Shown in pieces: positions 26,041 through 39,372 of a stretch of DNA of 64,000 nucleotides. The stretch is from positions 99,574,001 to 99,638,000 of the forward strand of contig NC_045696.1 of the NCBI RefSeq assembly GCF_009834535.1, given 5' to 3'. Positions within the stretch are counted from its first letter, which is position 1. Each line of letters starts with the position of its first letter. The DNA comes from Camelus ferus (Eukaryota). The position numbers were made by a program, and so were the translations under genes. Under the pieces are notes generated by a model. The model was not told the DNA's origin, searched no databases, and was given only the letters and a program-made list of their open reading frames with translations.

Positions 26041-29000
26041 GATTTACTCCTTATACAGAGATGATACTGGAATTTAAATCTATAACAAAAAATATATTTC
26101 TATGGAAAGTATTATTACAAATTCAACTTTAAACATTTAATTTTAGTTGATCTGTAATTTCGCCCCTCAGTTTCACATGCACATATAGTCACAAATCCAC
26201 CTACCCACATGCCAAGAACTGAAACAACAAAAACTGCGTTTTCTAGTTTGAAAGACCCTGTGATTTTATACTGTCCTTTAGGAAAAAAAAAAAAAGATCA
26301 CACTTAGAGAAATAGAGAAAAAAGTGATGCATTCTATTATCTTTAAGAGGATCATTTTAAAACCTCCAAAACCATCTCTAGCCAGTGCTTTCCAAGTGCA
26401 GCGGGATATGCAGAAAACGCTCATTAGTCAGGCACACCGTGAGTTAAGTCCTTACTTCTAGGAATCATTTCTAATCATTTGTAATTAGGGTAATGCTTTT
26501 GAAAACGTTTGCATTGCTATCCATGAGTTGTCAAAACTCCCTCTTCTGGGAAAGTAAGCAGATGGTGTCACTTCATTTACTTTTTCCTGTTCAGCAGGGA
26601 GGACTAAAGGATTTAACTTGCTCTTTGCATCCCTCCTGCCTACGGTTTGGACAGTTGTCTAGTCTGTGGTCGCCGCTCTTGGCTCAGCTATTTCTTGTCC
26701 AGTTCCTTTTGTTTGCTGTTACTTTGATCTTCGCCCAATATCAGCAATGCCTTGCTTGGATGACTCTCTCACTCTGGCTCTTACTCTTTTCCTTGGCAGG
26801 AGTATTTTCTTTTCTTTTGGTTGTAAGAATCTGGCCAGTAATGAGGTGGTAAGCTCCTGTCGAAGCAGCAGGAGTTGTCAGTGCTCCTTTCTTTCATTAA
26901 CTTTCTTGGGCTGTAGCCACAACAGCAAGACTTCAGGGACTGCAAATTTAACCTTCTCCAGCACTGATCATTTTTCCACATGGGTTCACGTAGCCCCATG
27001 GCCCCTTGGACCCTTTCACTACCCTCTCCCTTCACTTTGCTTTTTATAGATTATCCTGAAGTTTCTGTCCAGTGCTCTCCAGGGCCACCATGAAATAATA
27101 CGCTTGAAGTATTTCTTTTTTTAGTTAACCACCTTTTATTCATTGTTGTTAGATGAAGAGTACTTTCATACAGCTTTAGCAAAAAGTATAACTTCAGATA
27201 ACAGCTGTAGCGAATTATCTTTTTCTTTATGAAATAAGCAAGTAACTGGTAACCATACTTTGTAGCATAATGTCATTTATTTTAATCCTAGTAGAAGAAT
27301 GAAAAATCTTTGTAGTCTTCTACCCAGTAGGAACGATTACAGATGTATATAATAGAAATTATATTACACCAGTTATTACATATGGTATATATTTAGAAAA
27401 ATCCCTATCTCTTCAAGTAGTGATTGTTCAGTTAAATATTCATGTCATCACTCATCATTCAATTCATTTTAAAAGAAACAATGTATTGATATAGTCTTTG
27501 GGGACCTTGATCAACTTGATGTGACAATAATGATCATTACCGTAATAATACAAGTAATACCAATAATGATGGCAATAAAACTATTTTCAGGGTTGTAGAC
27601 ATTGTTTTAGACATCTAGTATGCGTCAGGTACAATTGTGGACACTATGTGTTGAGTGTGTGTCTGTGTATGTCTATCTGTAAAATTTCTAATTCCCATAT
27701 AATACTTGTAAGATAGTTATGATTGTGTCCAGTTTACAGGTAAGGAAACTGAAGCGTGAACAAGTTTCTTGCCCAAAGTTAGACTTACACTGGATGGCTC
27801 ATCTCTTCCCCCAATACCCACATCCCCCACCTCCAGTCAATTTGCTGGTCTCTTCGATTTGGCTGTCAGACATACCATCAGTTTTCACTTACTGTCCCTG
27901 ACGTGAGTATTCATTTGTAAATGCATTTCCAAAGTATAGATGGACTTATCATCAAGAGCCATAAATGTTGAAAGTCTAGATTCACATGATATTTCAAGCT
28001 TATTTTGAAAAGATTTCTGTGTATTAATGGAAGATCCATCCTTACTGGTGCTTTATCTTATTATAGGCCGGTTTATTTATTTGCAATCACTGATGGATTG
28101 TGCTCTTTTATGGGATTTGAGGATATAGAGCTAGTTGCAAACGTACTATCAGCTAGCTTTAATTTAGATTATTTCCACTAATTTCCAATTTGCCATTAGG
28201 AACAAAGATGATTTTCCATTCTTTGAATCTATATTGACACCAAATTAATGTCAATGCAGAAAAATGTCCACTTTGGGTACTATTTCTTAATATGTGCCAT
28301 TATGTGCTTTATTATAGTTTCTCATTTCCTGCTCTGTCAGTTACTCTCATTTACCTTCATTTTTATTCAACAGATGCAACAACTCTCCTATACTCATATT
28401 TGCTGATGGATATATTTCTATCATCTTTCTCCACCAGCAGCCATAGGCTTTTAGTAACCCAGGAAAATTAAAAAGCTACTTCCTCGACGTAGTGTTCTCC
28501 ATCTCTTAATATTCAACAATATAAGCAAAATGCCAGTCTAAGTCAATTCAGTTTTTTCAAATATTCTACTAATGGCTTAGGCACTGTGGCAATTCCCTTC
28601 AAGGCCAGAAAGTGAGTTCAGAAAAAAAAAATACATATGGGGAGTTTCAGATTATAAAGATACAAAATTATAAAACAAAGATAGAAAATTGGAGTCAAAA
28701 TAGTTCTCTTTAACTGAGGCTGTTTCTTGTAAGGAGATGTAAGGTGTTGAAATATTTCATTTATTTCTGTTCAGTAAAACATCAATTAAACTAATGCAGA
28801 AGAAACAATTCATTGCATTGCTATACTCTGAAAATTAAATACAAATGATTCCAAACTTTAAAGCAAAATGCTATTGCCAAGATTATAACTTTTCAATGGT
28901 TAAGCCCTTTAATTCATTTCCCCAGAGTAATCCAATCTGTTGTAAGCACTGGGGCTAAAGGATATGAAACAGCCAGGCACAGTGGAAAGAGTCTTGGACT

Positions 29001-29440
29001 GAGAACAAGAGAAACTGGCTGTGGTCTTTGATCCCCACTCTGCTCTTAACATGCCCAGGTGCTCTTGGGTAAGCACCTCACCTTTATGGTCCTTCTTTTT
29101 CTGTGCAATGTCATTTTGCGAAAATAATCTATCATGCCTTTTCAAGCTCCAGATATTTATGACTATTATCTTTATCAAGATTTGGAATTTACCGAAATTA
29201 TATGAATAAATCATGCCCCATATTATTCAGTATGGGAGAGGAGCAGAAACCTAGGGGGAATTATCTAAATTATTAGAAACAATGACTGCTCCTTCATTAC
29301 AGATAAAGCTAATTGAGGATAACTGGTTTTGTGATCATGACATTCCCTAGTTTAAAACCCATCAGTGGTTCGCTACTGCCCATCAGATAAAGATCAAACT
29401 CTTGAACTTGGCCTGCAGGGTCCCCCCACTGTTTGGTTCC

Positions 29441-30092
29441 TGTGTTAGTTGAGGTAGGTCAAATTCGTAATGGCTCAGACACAATGGATGCGTATTTCTT
29501 GATTAGATAAGAGTCAACAAAGGGGTTCCTGTTGGTAGGCCATTCTGCTAACAGTACCTCAGGAACCTAGGTTCTTCTCACTGGTGGCTCTGCCTCCCCC
29601 AGCAACTTGTATTTTTTTGTATCTGGCTGGGAAAGGGAGAGAGGCAGTGGGCTTTGCCAGACACAGTAAACAATCTTATGGTTACCTGGGAAAGGGAGTG
29701 GGAAGGGATAAATTAGGGAATTTGATATTTATAAATGTTAGCCACTTAGATTTAAAAAAGTTTCTGCTATATAGCACAAGGAAATATGTTTAATATCTAA
29801 TAATAACCTTTAATGAAAAAAGGATATGAAACCAAATATATGTATGTACATGCATGACTGGGACATCGTGCTGTACACCAGAAATTGACACATTGTAACT
29901 AATGGTACTTCAATTAAAAAAAGAAGAAGAAGAAGAAGAAGTGCCACGCATCATTTCTGTTTCATTCTATTGGTAGGAAAGAGTCACATGATCACACCTA
30001 AGTGCAAGGGTGAGAAGCTGGGGAACAGATTGTTGATGAATACTTGGGAAAAAGAGAAAGATAATTTGGTGCACAGCTCGTAGATTCTACCA
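29441..30092 (-). mobile_element. Old MLT1 (J/K-like) LTR split by a young L1 and itself inside an L2
   Basis: aatggctcagacacaa...ctcaggaacctaggttc...gtggctctgcc on the left; catcatttctgtttcattctattgg...gtcacatgatcacaccta on the right. Confidence 0.65.
29658..29940 (+). mobile_element. Young 5'-truncated L1 3' UTR with (GAA)n tail
   Basis: aatcttatggttacc...tatagcacaaggaaatatg...atgcatgactgggacatcgtgctgtacaccagaaattgacacattgtaac, followed by an A/(GAA) tail. Confidence 0.92.
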
Positions 30093-32027
30093 AAGCTCAC
30101 TTCATCTTTACTCTCAAGCCATACTTAATTTCTTTCAGTACCTAGAACGCCCATACTCTCTTCTGCCTCTGGGTCTTCACCTAGGATCCCTCCCTGTTCA
30201 CCTGGCTCCAGCTCGCCGCTCAGGTTTCAGTTGGTGGTGACTTCACCTCTGGGGTCCCATGACACTTTGCCTCTAGCCTGTTTCTACCCTATCATAATAC
30301 TCACTGCAGTTTATTTTAACTAATTGTGTTTTCTCTGATGGGTTCTAAGCCTGTTGAAGGTAGAAACCATATTTTCTTTTCCATTTGACCAAAGAGTGAC
30401 TGAAAAAGAAAGTGAGAATAAAAGAGCAAGAAGGAAAGGGAACATATAGAGCATAGCTGTGGGGACTGGAGAAAAGATAGGGTGGAGGCTGTGATATCAA
30501 ATCTCTTGTGTTTTTTCCTTCACTGAATAGACTAGTTATTTTGGTATGGTGTTGTCAGATTTTTTTTAAGTCCATCATGCTTTGTAGTGATAAAAATGTA
30601 TGTGATATTACAATATTTTTATATTAGTATAGAATATAACAACTTCTCTGGGATGAAAAGGAAATACTAATTCTAAAGGAAAAGGGCTGCATCTGGAAAT
30701 ATTTCCAGCACCCCATTCTTGCTTGCATCTCAGCAGTGTCCTTTTAAGCACCACCGAATACTCGCTGTCTTATTCACTCTTGAATTCACAGGGCTCCTCT
30801 AATCACCTTCATTGAATAGTAACTTTATCATTCTCGGTGAGTTCCTCAGCCTGTGAGGTGAGAGGCTATAGAAGAAGAATAGAACAAAGATAAGATTCAT
30901 TATGGTTCTCTTTTGAGAGAATTATCTGGAGATTTGAAAACACAAGCAGCTGAACCAACCCTCAAATTACTGTGGACCTATCTCCTTCAAATATTTTAGA
31001 ACCAGAAAGCTGCAATGTTTCTGAATTCCATGTCTACAAATATAGGTGTAAAATTCTGTTTTTGGTTTCATGGGGAAATGTATAAGTAGAAATTGCTATA
31101 TGGTGAAGCCGGTGTGTGTTCTTTCAGAAATAAATATGTAGAGAATTTAGCAGTGTGCAAGCAGTATTTCTGAAGCCTGTATTGTAACACATAGATTTAA
31201 GAAAAAAAAAAAAAAAAAGCAAGCTCTACATTGACAGAATTTTACTTTGAGATAATGGACACAAGTCAAAGAATTTAAAACTATTTGACGTACAAATTAG
31301 ACTCCATGGCTTCAATTTCATGGAATACACATTGGGAGTCCTTGCACTAGAAGGGAAAAAAGCATGAAAGATACACTTTTTAACTGTATTTTGCTTTAAA
31401 ATATTTAGAATTTAGCTATAAACACATGGATTTCTGGAAGAAAGAAGACACACAGTCATTTTAAAATAATCTGTGAAGTGCTTTGTTTCAGGTATGAAAT
31501 TGAATTATTTTATATAACATGTCTTCAAGCCTCAAATTTCCACAGAAATAGCTGAGTATATATCTTGGGAAAAAAAGTATTAAAATAGAAACATTTTTTA
31601 AAAAACGAAAATTCAGACTTCATGAGTCACCAAAGGTTTCTACATCAATGTGTGAATCTGCAAAACAGATTAGGTATTAGGCCTCTGTCAGTGCTGCCCA
31701 TAGTCTATGCCTGGCATGGCATGGGCTCAAAGTGTAACAAAAAACAGCAGTTTACAGATGTCAGCTTTGTAAGTACTAAACTTATAAAGAAATATAGGTA
31801 GTCACAGCATTTGAGTACCCAGACAGTATTTCAGGGTCTATTAGCCTTAGAGTTTTCACTATTTACAGGAGGTCAATTAAAACTTGACCTCCGTGTATTA
31901 ACTCATCAGTCTAGCTAGATTCAGATGTTTCCCTCTTGTCTTAGTCTGTCTTGGGTCCAAAGATGAGAAAGCTGAGCATGTATATTTTTTAAAGAAAATG
32001 AATCCAGGTCTTATCATTATGCCATAT

Positions 32028-32229
32028 TTTTTAATTGAAGAATAGTCAGGTACAATGTGTCAATTTCTGGTGTACAGCACAATGTCCCAGTCATGCATAT
32101 ACATACACATATTCATTTGCATATTCTTTTTCACTAAAGGTTATTGCAAGATATTGAATATAGTTCCCTGTGCTATACAGAAGTAATTTATTTTTTATCT
32201 ATTTTTATATGTATAGTCACTAACATTTG
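32028..32229 (-). mobile_element. Young 5'-truncated L1 3' UTR
   Basis: Reverse complement of the same 3' end as 29658-29940 (tgtgtcaatttctggtgtacagcacaatgtcccagtcatgcat). Direct repeat tatgccatat at 32018-32027 and 32230-32239. Confidence 0.92.
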
Positions 32230-34759
32230 TATGCCATATATATATTTTTTTTAATATAGAGAGACAAAATTGCCTCCTATTTTTACTTTAGAGCTGAGAA
32301 AATGGAAACCTGAGAAACAGAAGTGGCCAGCCTAAGATAAAATGGATACTGACTCTGAGAACCAGGATTTTCCTTTGATTTTTTTTTTTAAAGGCTGTTT
32401 TCCTAAGATATCTTTATTATGAAAGTTTTAGTATAAAACAAAACTTTAATCCCTTTTGATGGAAAGAAATGTAGCCTTATATTTTTAGACTGGCTTATTT
32501 TCATCTATTTAATCTGTCAGCATGTAGACAGTTGTTTCAGAAATTTAGCTACTTTGATAATGTATTATTTACATTTCTTTCGAATGACAAAAACAAAACA
32601 TAGTATTCAGTGATATTTTAATTAGAGTAATGTCATCTCAAAGATTCTAAAAAGAAAAAAGAAGAAGCTCTTTCATACTTAACACAAGGGAACACTTTGC
32701 CCTTGCACCTGCTTAAAGGAGTTTATTGGAAGAAACGGAATTGGAGATATTTGCCCTTTTTATTAAAATCAGCTTAATAGTTCTTAGCACCACCTGTTAC
32801 CACACTGCATAATCCATCTTTGGATACTAGATTTTCTCCAGATGTTTAGCTTTCTGTTGTCTTGGGGATCATGGCTTTTTTTTTTTTTTAACAGTTCAGT
32901 GAATCATAGGTCACATCATTTGCCTGTGGCAAACATACAGACATAGGCAGTTTTATGTAAGAAATAAAAAATTTAACCACTGATTTTAAAGAGTCCAATT
33001 TTAGATTTAAATAGTGAACTAATATGGCATTTCTGAAGACAGTAAATACCTCAGTAGAAATTTTCTGATGTAAACAAACTCTATCAAGCCAAAACTAGAG
33101 GTTCCCCATGAGTCTATTTTAAATTCTTACATTTATTTTTTCTGAAATGGTCCACTGTTTTCATTACACAATTATACCAACACACAAGACAAACAATCTG
33201 TTGGTTTTGTCTACTAGCTGGCAATGAAAGCACAGCTTAGCAGACAGACTGATCCCACAAAATAAACTACTGTGTGACAAGGGAACATATATTTCCAGTG
33301 AATTTTAGCCAGGATGAGACTCAAGTTGCATCTGCTATAAAACTGGGCTGTTTCTTCTTGAACAAGAATGAGCTAAAGATGTTAGGAGAATCCTCTCAGG
33401 TAATTGAGGTCAGTCTCCTTGTATTTCTATCCTCCTGGCATTCCTTATTTCTACAGGGCAATCATACTGAAGCCTCATTCTCGGGGAAGAGAGTGATTAA
33501 GAATGCAGATATGAGTTCTAAATTAGGCATGTCAGTGTATTTGTCATTTGCCAGTTTGAGGGGGAATTCGAATTTCTGGACACCAGACAGGACTCTTATC
33601 TTGGTTAGCCGGACTTCAGGGTTTGGGATGAGTATATCCTTACTAGATGGAGTATAAGGGGCCTCTTTTTCTGCCTTACTGAGCTTTAAATTAAGTTCAT
33701 CCTTCTTTGGAATAGAATGAAAAACAGGGCTGATGAACTAGGCCAACCTACAGGGGTTTAAGAACTGGAAGGAAGATAATTCAGACTTCTTTCTAAGTCA
33801 CTTTCCCTTTGATGTAGCACTAATTCAGCCAACACGCAGTACTTTATGGAGGCTCCCTGAAATTCGATGTCTAATGCTGTTTCTGTGTTGGGAGGATTCC
33901 ACCAGGTCCCAGGAGCCCAAGTATCTCTGAGTGCAACTCCCTGCCTTTTACAGGGTTAGGCTGGGGGCCGTGACGGTGCCCCACAGTCTAACATATTAGA
34001 CAATTCTTGGTCGCACTTTTCCATTCTGTCCCTATTATATTTTTACTGTCTTGTTGAAATTAGAGTAAAGCTGAGCGTTGTAGGTATATGAGTTATTTAC
34101 TATGTTTTGTAGAAAGATTTAAGAGTCTTGACTGGCTTAGACTTTTCCTACTGCATAAAGACTACCTGCCCCGAATTAAACAATCAGCTTTCAATTTTGC
34201 TATGTTCATTAGTCATCCAAGTGTTCCAATTTAATAACAATACCTTGGGATGGGGAGAGATGCTTCTCTGGAAATAAATTATTGAGGAAATATAGGTATT
34301 ATGTGTATTCATTATACATATATATTAGATATATAACACAGAAATATATAATACATAGTAAATGAAATAGGAAGACAAAAAGAATTCTTGCTGAGGTAAG
34401 AGATCTCTGCTAATGTTGTAGCAAAAAGAAAAAAGCATTTTTAGTTTTGATGGTTGAAAGAAAAGAAATTACTCTTTTCATCCTAAATTTGGCATATCAA
34501 CTAAGGAAACAGGACTGGTATCTAAAATAAGATTTTGTATTTACACAGCTGAATGCCAAGATTTAGCTCTTCTTCCTCCTTCAAACTATTTTAAGTAAAG
34601 CTTTGGGGAAGAGGGAAGAAGAAAACAAGTTGTAAATTGATAAGGGGAAATGATTTCTATAAGAATGATTTTTAAATTTTGATCAGAAACATGGATGGAA
34701 TACATACTGTGTCTTTATGCTGGGCCCTGTGCTAGAAGCTGGAGCTGTGACCTTCCACT

Positions 34760-35420
34760 GAGTCAACAGATTTATATTGAGCCCATCCCACAAGTCAAGC
34801 ACTACTCTAGGCACTGGATATACTAATAGATAGAAGAAACGATGACTCTAGGCCTCAATGAATGACACTCTAGTGGGAAAAGTCAGGCAAAAACACAAGT
34901 AAACTCTATAAGTAAACTCTAAAGTTTATTAGGTGGTACGTGCTAGTGAGAAAAATAAAGCAGAATAAGAGAGATTGGGAGAACTAGGGGTTGTCATTTT
35001 AAAAGAGGTGGTTTCAGCAAGTGGTGCAAAGCAAAAGGAACAGCCAGCGTTAGGGCTCGTTGGTGCGAGTGTGCTGGGACAAGTTCAGGGTCAGGAAATA
35101 GGCAGAGAAGCTGCAATCTGGGTGGGCGAAGGGGAGAGGAGCGGAAGTCAAGAGATAGCAGTGGAAACTGACACAACATTGTAAACTGATTATAACTCAA
35201 TTTAAAAAATAAAAGAGAGAGAGAGAGAACAGTGGTGGACCTGATCGTGACAGCACTGTAAGCTACTGAAAAATTTCAGCTTTTAGTCTGAGGTAAAGAG
35301 ACAATCACAGGGTTCTGAGCAGAGGGTTGAATCTGATCTGAACTGTAAAGGACCTCTCTGACTCCTATGATGACTGTGGCTGCAACAGAAGGAGCTGGGG
35401 GCAGCTGGGGAAGGGTGGAA
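34760..35420 (-). mobile_element. LINE-2 (L2a-like) 3' part containing a ~60-bp L1 tail at ~35164-35228
   Basis: tcaacagatttatattgagc...tctaggcactggatata...tctagtggga. The insert aaactgacacaacattgtaaactgattataactcaat is an L1 terminus. Confidence 0.8.
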
Positions 35421-35759
35421 GCAGAGAACTTCATGCCCTGGAAGAGTCTTGGGTCTAGTTCAGAAGCCAGACATGTTCACAGATTATAAAGGTGAGTGTT
35501 GGAGGAGGAGAAGGAAAGCATGGGTCTGAGAAAAGCAAGTTCTTTTGGGGTTAAATGCACTCATTTCCAATCGTGCCCTTTCAGTGTTCAGTGTCAGTCA
35601 ATTTTATAGAGTTCTTCTGGGGATGTGGAGGCAGGAAAGGCTAGAATGAGGGTGAGATGTTTTAGATTGAATATTTATATTTTAAAATTATAACTGCAAT
35701 ACATCTGTCTTTTTGCCTTTTGATTTGCATGCTATTTTAAATTTTAGAAAGTCAATCTT

Positions 35760-36130
35760 TTCCTTTGTTATTTCTTTCCTTGTTTTTGGAAATACTGTTT
35801 CCCATCCTGATATTTTTATTCACGTCTAGCTTTTTCACAACTCCTGTATTATTTCTTTTCTTTTCTTTTTAAACGTACCCTCTTCACACTCATTCTCCAT
35901 CTGGACTTTTAAATGTAGAATCAGAGAGGAGAATCTAAGCTAAATTTTGTTTCCTTAGTATCTAGCCCGTTTTCCCAGTTGTATATTTAGAATAGTCAAT
36001 TCTTTTCCCATAAAATTGTTCTATCTTCTTTATCCATGCAAGGCTTTTACATATGCTGGGCTCTGCTTCCACTGATCTGTTTAAAATTTTCTTATGCTAC
36101 AATGTGTTTTGATATGTGGTAGGACATATC
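35760..36130 (-). mobile_element. Highly degenerate old L1 ORF2 fragment
   Basis: ctccatctggactttt...tagcccgttttcccag...ttccactgatctgtt resembles antisense L1M ORF2. Confidence 0.45.
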
Positions 36131-38216
36131 GCTGGGGCATTTCAAGTCTTAAATATTATTTAGTTGGTTTGAGGAAATCAAACTAGTCAAAGAGGCTTTC
36201 TGACAGTTTTACTAATTATATTTCCCTATTTTTACTTTCTCATAAATACAAACAAAATGTTTTTTCTCATCTATTCTGTCATTTATCATTAATTCTGAAT
36301 AAACACTCAAAAGTAAATTTTCACCCATGACTCCCACCAATGCTGAAAATTTTTGGCCAGAAACCAAACTTTAAGAATTTTATGTTAAATCAAAGCAAAT
36401 CCCAGATTTTTATATATGAATACAGTAAGAAATATGCAACATTTCTGGCAGGTTAAGTGCTTGAGTAGGTGAATGAATTAATAAATGAGGGAATGAATGA
36501 AGCATACTATGGAGATAGATATACAAATAAGATTTTCATGATGAAATGATATTGATATATATAAAACTAAGAAACTCAAATACATAAACACATTTTATGG
36601 TTCCAAATGTGAACTCTAATTCAGAATTTTGGAATTCTAGCACAGAGACGATTTGAGACAGGATTCAATGAAAATATGTGATGATTTTCCAATTTGCATT
36701 TTTGTTTTAGAAGTAAGTACAAATTAATTTTCTGCAGCAAAATATGAAGGTTTTAGTCCACTGATTAACCTGACCAATAAAATGGACAGCACATCCTGAG
36801 AGGTTTTTTTTTTTTAACCTGGTTATATTTTCTCATGTCTACTCACTTTTTCCTCTTCCTTTTTGATTTCCTTCTGCTTTCCTTTTATTTCATTTTTTTT
36901 TAATCTAGCCCAATTAACTTCAACTAGAAAGGTCTAATAACCAGTCAGTCATGAAAAGAAGAAAAGAAAGCACAAAAAGAAACTATCAACCGATCAGTGT
37001 ATCTTTTTCACTATACAGTAGATTAGATATTACTGTTTTGACTTCCCAGTCTCATGAGAAAGACTTGGCTAAGAAAGACTACAACAAACATTCATTAGGA
37101 TGACATATGGCAAAAATAATGGAAGCGGGACCCAACGAACCCATTCAGGTTAAAATCTTGAAGCTGTAATTGTAAGATAATTGCATAGTCTTATTGTCAA
37201 GCGGTTACAGCATGAGACTAATAGGATGCCAAGGGAAATGGTGATCAGTACTTGAGAGCCTTAATTTTCCCCAAATTTCATTCACCAACTTGTTCAATGA
37301 ATAGAGCTCTCTTCTGAAGTTGCTATTCATGCACAAGTAACTGTGAACAGCTCCATGCTTCAAAGTGGTGGCCAAACAGAGCTGACTGAGAGGGCTTGGA
37401 GTGGGTGCTCAGATGAGAGAATGAAAAATACACTCTTCCAAAAAGTTTATTCCAAGATGTAGGGGATACTCCCAACATCTAGATTGCCTTTCTGACTGTG
37501 CCAACGATGTGACTCTTTAGGAGCGTGCTAAAGAAACCACTGCATTAATTTTTTCTTTTTTTTCCCCTCTATTTAGTCTACTTATAGAGGCTACTTCCAC
37601 GTTTCCAGGAATAAATTGTAGAACTGATCAAACGCTAAAGCCTGTGTAGATTTTCTTTTATGAGTTACTTTATGATCACAAATTCACATCTTCTGGTTGT
37701 AGGATGCTCATAAACATTATAATATCTCAGGAATATTCGAAGTGTAAGCATTCAGATCTCTCCAATTAATCTATTTTTAATAGAAAAGTGATGTATGCTG
37801 TGTACCACTCTTATTTTAAGTGAATTATGCACAGTTTTTCTCCCAATAACTGCTTAGGTTATGAGTTTATTAATAAGCTTTATTTATAGTGCACAGAGAA
37901 AGCAAAGAAGAAATATCTCTGTCTGCAGTAGGCAACTAGAATATGCTCGATTTCAAGTAGCACAATAATTTCACTAATATCTGAATGAACTGTCAGACTG
38001 TTGCCAGAATGAAATTAGTGATTATCAGAGTCACTTAAAATCTAAAACTGGGTGGAAAATGTTCAAAATGAGTTGAAAAATCAGAACGATTCAAGAAGGT
38101 TCTTAGGGTATATTTTCAATAAATTTTCCCACAAAGTTATGACTTTTGGCCACTTAGTCTAACAGGTTAATTTTACATGTAAGGGCTAAAGTACAGTGAG
38201 ATTAAGAAGTCTTTTC

Positions 38217-38377
38217 CTATTTTTGGTTTATTAGCCTTTATTTTTTTTGAGGAAAGGAGGTAATTAATTTCTTCTTTTAAATTTATCTTTTGTAATGGTG
38301 GTACTGGGGACTGAACCCAGGACCTCGTGCATGCTAGGCATGCACTCTCACCAATGAGCTATATACTCTCCCTCCTC
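38217..38377 (-). mobile_element. tRNA-derived camelid SINE (Vic-1-like)
   Basis: Minus strand reads gggagagtatatagctcattggtgagagtgcatgcctagcatgcacgaggtcctgggttcagtccccagtacc: a tRNA-like head with A and B boxes, then an A-rich linker, taattacctcc and an A tail. Degenerate flanking repeat aagaagtcttttc / aagaggctttttc. Confidence 0.9.
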
Positions 38378-38579
38378 AAGAGGCTTTTTCAAAACTAGGT
38401 TCACTTGGCACTAGAATCAGAACTATTTTCTTCCCAGCCCACCAATCTATTCACACAACTAACAGTTACCATCCAGAGATAGATGATACTCTGAATGAGA
38501 ATGCAAGTAAATTAAGATATTGACTCAAAGATATCTGCTAACTCTTCCTCTACTATTTGTCATGATTCTTTGAAAAGAT

Positions 38580-39372
38580 AAAACAAATTGTGACAATCCT
38601 CTACTTAAAAGCCTCTAGCAACAACTTCCCCTGCCCAATTCATTCAGATGAAAAGTGCGTCCTTCTAACGCCCTTGCAGAACCCTGCTGCTTTGACCCTC
38701 CGTTACTGCGCCCTGACCTCATCTCCCCCAGCTCACCCCCAACTGCTCAGCTTCAGCTCTTGGTTTAGTCAAGTTGGCCAGGCATTCTCACTGTTAGAAC
38801 TTTGTAGTTCTCTTCGCCTGGAGTGTTCTTTCCCCAGATACGTCCCTCTCTCCCCCTCTCTTTCTTCAAGTCTGTGCCACAGGATGACTCCTAAACATAG
38901 AAAATAAATGCCTCTGCCCTGTGTCTGCTCTCTTAGAGGTGCTCGTTTTGGCCCCTTCTTGCTGAGCCCCACCTCCCCTAAAGCAACGAGTTGAACAAGC
39001 CAAGGGGAAACGCCTACCTGACACTGGCCGCCCCTTTCCAGGTGCCCTGCCGTTTCCAGGGACGCAGCCAAATGCTCTGGGTGAGGCTGCTTTACTTGGG
39101 TCACAGCACCAGCAAAGACTTACCCACGTATCTTATTTAAAATTATACTATTATTTTTACCCAGATCTCCCTCTTTCCCTTTCCTATAGCACACATCACC
39201 TTCTAACCTAGCATGTAATTTATTACTAACTGCATCTGTGTCCTCCCAACTAGGATGTAAACTCCATGGGGTAGGGATTTTTGCCTACTTGTTTGCTGCT
39301 ATATCATCTTGTCCCAAAGAGAGGTTGGCACACAATATGTGTTCAAAACTATTTGTTTGCTGAGTGAATACA
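38580..39372 (+). mobile_element. LINE-2 (L2a-like) 3' end with an unclassified insert at ~38872-39089
   Basis: cgcctggagtgttctttccccagata...; tcctcccaactaggatgtaaactccatgggg...ggcacacaata...tgagtgaata. Confidence 0.8.

Noticed and set aside
26594..26639. Possible pre-miRNA hairpin (gcagggagga...tccctcctgc)
   Set aside because: The stem is short with several mismatches and does not match a miRNA I recognise.
26493..27049. Overlapping 119-, 127- and 84-aa ORFs as a gene or processed pseudogene
   Set aside because: No recognisable protein, no poly(A) or TSD, and composition reflects T-rich sequence.
33274..33657. 127-aa ORF
   Set aside because: GTG start, no recognisable homology, and length is within chance expectation for 64 kb.
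38300..38372. Functional tRNA gene
   Set aside because: The tRNA-like head continues into SINE-specific linker and tail sequence, so it is a SINE.
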